Assembly (NCBI GenBank): GCA_905331295.1
Contig: CAJNYD010000058.1
Coordinates: 248,001-287,684 of the forward strand
Length of the DNA: 39,684 nt
Origin: Rotaria socialis
Taxonomy: Eukaryota
Direction of reading: 5' to 3'
A program made the position numbers and the translations under genes. The notes under the pieces are model-generated. The model did no database searches, had not been told where the DNA came from, and saw nothing but the letters and a program-made list of their open reading frames with translations. Below, one piece after another: positions 33,809-39,684 of this stretch (positions within the stretch are counted from its first letter, which is position 1; every line of letters starts with the position of its first letter).

Positions 33809-36800
33809 TTATTGGCAATTGTCATTTTCTGTAATGATAGGTACAGGAGCACTATTTGCAATAGTATTTTCATCGCTACCATTTTCACCAGTGTTTACAA
33901 TGAGCATTTTTTCACTTGTAGTGATTGTTGTATTAGTAACTGTAACACCAAGAGAAGATGTTGTAGCAGTGGTTGTACATGTTGTTGTCGCTTCTACTGT
34001 ACTGCCTGAAATTGGAAAGAAATAATAACAAGAAAAAAAAAGGAAAGACAAATTATTGTATATAGTCAAATACACAATAAATAAAGGAAGAATACAATAT
34101 AACAACATAGGTCCATGGAAATTAAAACAAAATTTTTTTTTCTTCATGCATCAATTCATTGTCTTTCACTAAATAAAAGATAAGATGATGCATGCAATCC
34201 CAAATATATAGATATAAATAAATAAATATATATATATATATATGTATGTGTGTATACAAAACAATGGCAATAGTGAAAAAAATCATATACACGAAGTGAA
34301 CATGCAGACAAGGACAATAAACATAACAAATATATGCGCTCTCTCTCTCTCTCTCTCAAATTTTTTACTCATCTTGGCCAGAAAACATCAACATAGAGAT
34401 AGAGAAAACCAACACCACATAGATAGGTAAAACGAAAAGGAAAATATTGTATTCAAAGTCAATCATAAAACCAAATAAAAAGAAATAGTCAAATATCAAG
34501 TATATATGTATTAAATTAAGCCCCAACTAATTCCACAAGTTCAGAGAAAGATAGGCAACAAAGAATCATAAATGTCAATAAAGCATTAGAGCAAATTCTA
34601 ACCGTTTTCCTAATTTGTTTTTTTGTTTGTTGAGTTTTAAAAATAGATGTTGTTGAAGCAAATTATCTACATTTTAAGTAACATTAATCAAAAGGAGGGA
34701 TGAGATGTTTTAAAAGAAAAGTATTATCTACAGCGATAGAGTGCTTGAGATTTCATTATTTATATAAACTGGCCAGCGAGAGAGCGCATGTTTTTTGTTG
34801 TCAGCATTTCTTTTTTCTACGTGTATATGTATATATGTTTTTTTTTAATGCATCTATTGGCATGCAACAACTAGGAAACTACAACAAACAATAGGGAAAA
34901 CGGAGATGAAGCAAGCACGGAGTAAAAATTAAAACAAGCAATGGCATGAGCGTACTACAGAAACATTCATAGAAAATTTACCTTCAGGTATAGGATTATC
35001 ATTTACTAATGATGATAACATTTTTGGTGATGTCATGGGAGCAGGTGAAGCTAAAAAATTACAAATAAAAATAGAATAGAAAGTTTCATTTTTGTTTACC
35101 ATCACTTTGTTGAGAATCAGTTGATTCTTCACTTTGCATATGTGCTTCATTTCCATTAATTGATGATGGAGGAATACTTGTTGCTGCCGTTATTGATACC
35201 GATGGTGGTGGCGGCGGTGGTGGTGGTGGTGGTGATAGACTAGCATTGGGTTGTTGTTTGCCATTTGTATTAACAATTGAAGTTTGTGCATTATGTACAG
35301 TTGATGGTGCTGTTACAGGATGTGTCGTTTGACGATTTTTTAATTCAGTCGCTTTTATTTGCTCTAATTGAAATTGTTGTCGTTCTTGTAATAATTGTTG
35401 TCGTTGAATTTCAAGCATTTCACGTTCACGATCCATAATTGTTTCTAATTCTTCGAAATGACGTAATTTAATTTCTAATTTTTTAATTTGCATTTCAACA
35501 ACTTGTGCAACAGCAGATTTTATTTTACGTTCTTCAATCGAAGCCAAATACTAAAAACAAGAACAAATCACAATTCCGTTTTTATTAAAATATTCAGTCA
35601 ATTGATTTACTTTAGCTTTAACTGCTGCTGCTGCAAGTGCACCTGCTGCAGCTGTTTTAATATCTCTTTCATTAGCATCATTGGCTGAAGATTTTTTCGC
35701 AGTTTGATCAGCATTTGTTGTTGCTTTTGGAATAGTTGATGATGCATCATCAGTTATAATTTGTGTATCAACACTTTGTGAATTAATTTCTGTGGCAGAT
35801 TTATCATTTTCATCAACATCCATTTTTTTCAATTCATCTTCATGATTGATCTAAATGTAAAAGTTTTCAATAGAAGATTTCAGATCATATAAAAAAATTT
35901 ATTTACAGATCTATCTGTTGATGTGTGTTGTTCATCATTAACATCCATTTTTTCTTGTTTTACTTTTGATGAGTCTTCATTGTCGGTACTATTTTTCGGT
36001 TTATCTATGGTACTTTCATCTTAAAAATAACATCAATATTTTATTTGTTGTAATAGAAAAACTATGTTTTCTTTAGAAGCATACCTGCACTACTAGTTAA
36101 TCCAAGTAATTCTAAACTTGCATTTTCATCAAGTTTTTTTCCTTTTTTCAAAGCATTTTCAATAATTTCTCGATTTGTTTCAATAAATGATGGTGAAACT
36201 TCGTCACGCATTTTAGAAAATTCATCCAAAGCAGCTTTAACAGCTGCACTTGAAACGCGTGGATCAACAATTGATGCAAGAAAAGCTACAGTTGACATAA
36301 CGGGATTGCCACTTTGACTAAATGGCACTGGTTGATAAGCAAGTGGACCTAACGATGAACCATTGCCTTCCAAATAAGGATCTTCAATTGGTAGTTGAAG
36401 AAATTTTAATATACATTCATCTTGTGTACGTGTACCAACATGTTCACACACTTTATTCCAATCATCTTTATACATTTCAAGGCCTAAAAGTTACGAAAAG
36501 ATATTTTTAATTAAGGAACACAAAAAAAAAGAAGATTAAATAGTTTTACCTTCAAGTAGTAGAAGAATTTCTTGATCTGACCAGTCTTTTGCTTTCGTTT
36601 TTGGATTCTAAGATGAAAGAAAAAAGTTAAATTTTACATATAAATTCAGTGAAGATGTTGGGTACCTATGAGTGATTTATTACAGTAATTAACGATCACT
36701 GTTCTTTTTCTTGCAAATACTCAATATATCAACATCTTCAAATTACTTTTACAGAATTAAAGTAAAGAAAAAAACATCAGTGTCAATTGCCTCGTCACAC

Positions 36801-38522
36801 AGAATTTAAAATAACCGAAGTTCAAAGTTCTAAAACGTTCTATTTAAATACATCTATCCATCAAAACTACACTAACAAAACTGATCGTCGAATTCCATCA
36901 GCATATTTGTTCTTATTTAACTTTATAACAGAGAACAAAGAAAGATAAGTTTTATAAATTATCTGCATTCTGTTAATAAGATATTTCACATATATCTCCG
37001 ATGACATTCTAAATTCGGATTCGATTTAATTAGTCATCCAATCAATCATTCAAACTCAATAATTGTGAACCAACCGCTTGTTTACTCTTACAGAATTCTC
37101 AAGTATCATTGAAGGAAAAAATGTTGTTCCAGCTCTACTAAGTCATCTTTCAGTTATCCTATAGATGACAACAATAAATTTATCATCGACTATATAACAA
37201 ACAAGCTTTTTTCTGAAATGTTCGAACTATTTGAATGCTGTTTAACGTTTCTTTCATCAAATATAAACCATTAAAACAACTAAATTCAAAACACTTTACT
37301 TACTACAGTAAGTTTTTTATGATATTGATCAGTTCGTAAACCTAAACTATTGTCAACATCACGTTCTTCACGTTTTGGTTCTTGTTTTAAATCTGTGATT
37401 GGTTTCGGTGCTGAATTCTATTTAGAAGGAAAAAAAACAAAATGCGATGAAAAAAAAATACTTCTCATTCAATTACTTCTCGTTGTATTCCTTTTGGATG
37501 TCCAACTGGAGCTAAACCACAAGGCGTATCACCTAAAACAGTGAAATGTGATGTGCATGGTGGTCCCATTGGTGTTGGACGTAAATCAGCATCGACTTGA
37601 TAATTTATTAATCCCCATTGTTCCAAAAATGCATGAATACGCATTATAGCACAAACATCTCCGGCTAAATTTCTTCGGCATGCTGTTACAGTTAAATATT
37701 CATTTGGATTTAAACGATATGTATCAATCATAAAATTTCGATAAGCCATATAACTGAAAGCAAAAAAAAAACATTGCAAATATGAAAAAGACTTTTTCAT
37801 TTCTTTTTTCAAATACATTTCTGGTGCTTTGGAACGATTTTTTCCATTGAAAAATTCGCTTAATGCACGTTTTTCAATTGAATTTATTGCATTATAATCA
37901 AACCACGCTGAATAACTAGGAATTATAATATGATGAGTTTGTTCACATGCTTCCGGATCATTATATTTTTTCACTTGATTTGAATCACCTTGAATTTGTT
38001 GATCATCCATATCATCACCATCGTCATTTAAATCATTTAATGTTGCACCTCGTGGCAATTGAGAATCATTCATTTTTTGACCAGTTATTGCTAAAATATA
38101 CGAGATTCGTTTTCTATTATCAGTATGGTTTCGTTAGAAATGAAAAAAAGAAATTATTACGTGTTCTTGATGACGTTTGATCATCGAAAAGTGATTGTGA
38201 CAGAGAATTTTCTCCATCTTTTGATAAATCATTTTCATCTAAATCAAGTCCAGCACACATTTTTTTTGACCTTCAATTAGGAAAAAAGCATATATTTTTC
38301 TTTTAATTGGAATAAATTTTTCGTATCTACTTTCGTGGTTTAGTTGAAGTCGCATTTCCTGCTGCACGCTTTTTAGAATTATTTTTTGTTGCACTTGAAA
38401 CTGTTGTTGCATTGGCTTCAGTTTTGCGGTCAGGAACAAGCTAAAAATGATTATATTCAATTAATCAATTAGTTATTCTGTTCTCTCTTATGAGTACTAA
38501 TGACTAAATAGATCATTACCAT
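33809..38522 (-). CDS. SMARCC: SWI/SNF (BAF) core subunit SMARCC (BAF155/170, Moira, Swi3). Exons: 38522-38520 (ATG only), 38440-38331, 38270-38161, 38090-37817, 37753-37477, 37417-37304, 36607-36550, 36483-36085, 36019-35907, 35850-35611, 35550-35100, 35050-34982, then 34005-33809 (~804 aa) or the ZEB exons (~882 aa)
   Basis: SWIRM ([18 protein letters not shown]...[13 protein letters not shown]...[13 protein letters not shown]), SANT ([38 protein letters not shown]), [18 protein letters not shown], a coiled coil ([17 protein letters not shown]...[16 protein letters not shown]) and a poly-Pro tail. Confidence 0.95.
34226..34357. repeat. (TA)n and (CT)n microsatellites in the SMARCC 3' intron
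   Basis: A TA run at ~34226-34243 and a CT run at ~34339-34357. Another TA run lies at ~33528-33542. Confidence 0.75.
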
Positions 38523-39684
38523 GTCTTAGTTTGTGTTGAAATTCACTTCACTGAGAAGAAGGAAAAGAACGCAAGTTTCAATTGTCCCGCACTGCGTTTG
38601 ACAGGGGTACTCCTAGCGTCGTTCTCTTTTTTTACATGTCCACATTTACACGTACGGGTTATTTGGGAGGAAGAAAAAAAAATGATGAAGACGACGAAGA
38701 CTGCTTTTCTTCGTCAGCTATTGCCAGGGAAAAATGAACGAGAACGATACATTGCTTGTATGACACTAGTGTTGGTTCCAACTGAGCGATGATTTTTTTT
38801 CTCTTCTCCATGCGATGTCAAATACAGAAAAGGAAAGAAAAAAAAGAATGGATGGGCGCAACAAAGAATTTATTGGAAAACAATTCTTTTTATAAGTGTT
38901 CAGCGTTCAATATTATCACATCTTTCATTGACAGTATTGATTCTATGATAGACTATTTCAAATGTTTTCTATTCGAACAAACTGAACTGATAACAGTCAT
39001 TTACACGAGCTGTAAACTTACAAGGATCCCTTGATAAGATCAGAAAGAAAACTCTAAAATTATACATTCATATGAATCGATGAAGTCAATTTAGGAGGTT
39101 TAGAGATTGATTGAAAAGTAAATTAAAGAAATGTAGGTTACAAATTTTTCCTATAGAAGATATTGTGCGAATCATTAGACATACTCTAGGAGCCGAATTT
39201 CACTTTCGAGTAGACATAGAAAACTGGATGAGAAAATTCAATAAAAAAAAAGCGATCATAGATCGACTTCCAATGATACTGGGATGAACAAGTTCAAACT
39301 TTTGCTATTCTCACTAAGACGTGCTAACATGCGGTGCAAAAGTCTTTGCAATAATACCAAACGGTGTTAGGCCATGTTGGAGACTTCTAATTCAGTTGAC
39401 TTTTTTTGTTGTTGGACAGAGCAGCGTCTGAACTTGAAATTTTGTATCGAACATATTTTTCTAGGGCTAATTTGGAAATGAGAAAAAGCCAAAAACTAAA
39501 CGCATGAAAAAAAGTTCTTGCAACTTCACCATCCAGCAGTATCATTTTCTATTTCTACTAGATTCGTTTAAAGTGAAAAAGAGAATGAATAAATCACGAT
39601 CAATGATGATTTTTGTAGCATAAAGGATGCTCTTTCCAATGGTGTGTTGAAAGTTAAATTTACTTTTAGTTTTTGTACTGAAAT

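Noticed and set aside
37754..37816. Apparent 21-aa insertion in the SWIRM domain
   Set aside because: It is a 63-nt GT-AG intron, and its removal restores the conserved PEIYMAYRNF.
38598..39034. Two short plus-strand ORFs and a small GACGAAGA/TCTTCGTC hairpin upstream of SMARCC
   Set aside because: There is no coding signature, and the region is more consistent with promoter or UTR sequence.
39329..39352. GGTGCAAAAGT resembling a Tc1/mariner terminal repeat, within a short TGCAAA...TTTGCA palindrome
   Set aside because: The match is too short, and there is no partner repeat or transposase in the window.

Overview
AT-rich eukaryotic (animal) genomic DNA with many short GT-AG introns, mostly 50-70 nt. 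The gene structure and codon usage suggest a bdelloid rotifer, but this is an inference. Spliced gene models built by hand are: DHX8/PRP22 (+), an intronless 211-aa orphan (-), an SRSF3/RBP1-type SR splicing factor with a poison exon and a 15-nt microexon (-), TAF12 (+), a ZIP/SLC39 metal transporter (+), a 2-exon coiled-coil protein (-), a ~1350-aa helical-repeat protein with one CCHC zinc knuckle (+), a small secreted Cys-rich and probably GPI-anchored protein (+), KRR1 (-), and SMARCC/BAF155-170 (-). The most notable observation is at the SMARCC 3' end. Its last shared exon can splice in frame either to a short Thr-rich terminal exon with its own AATAAA, or to two exons encoding the C-terminal ZEB/Zfh1 zinc-finger pair. 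This predicts a SWI/SNF core subunit carrying an optional sequence-specific DNA-binding module. Exon boundaries were read by eye and have no transcript support.
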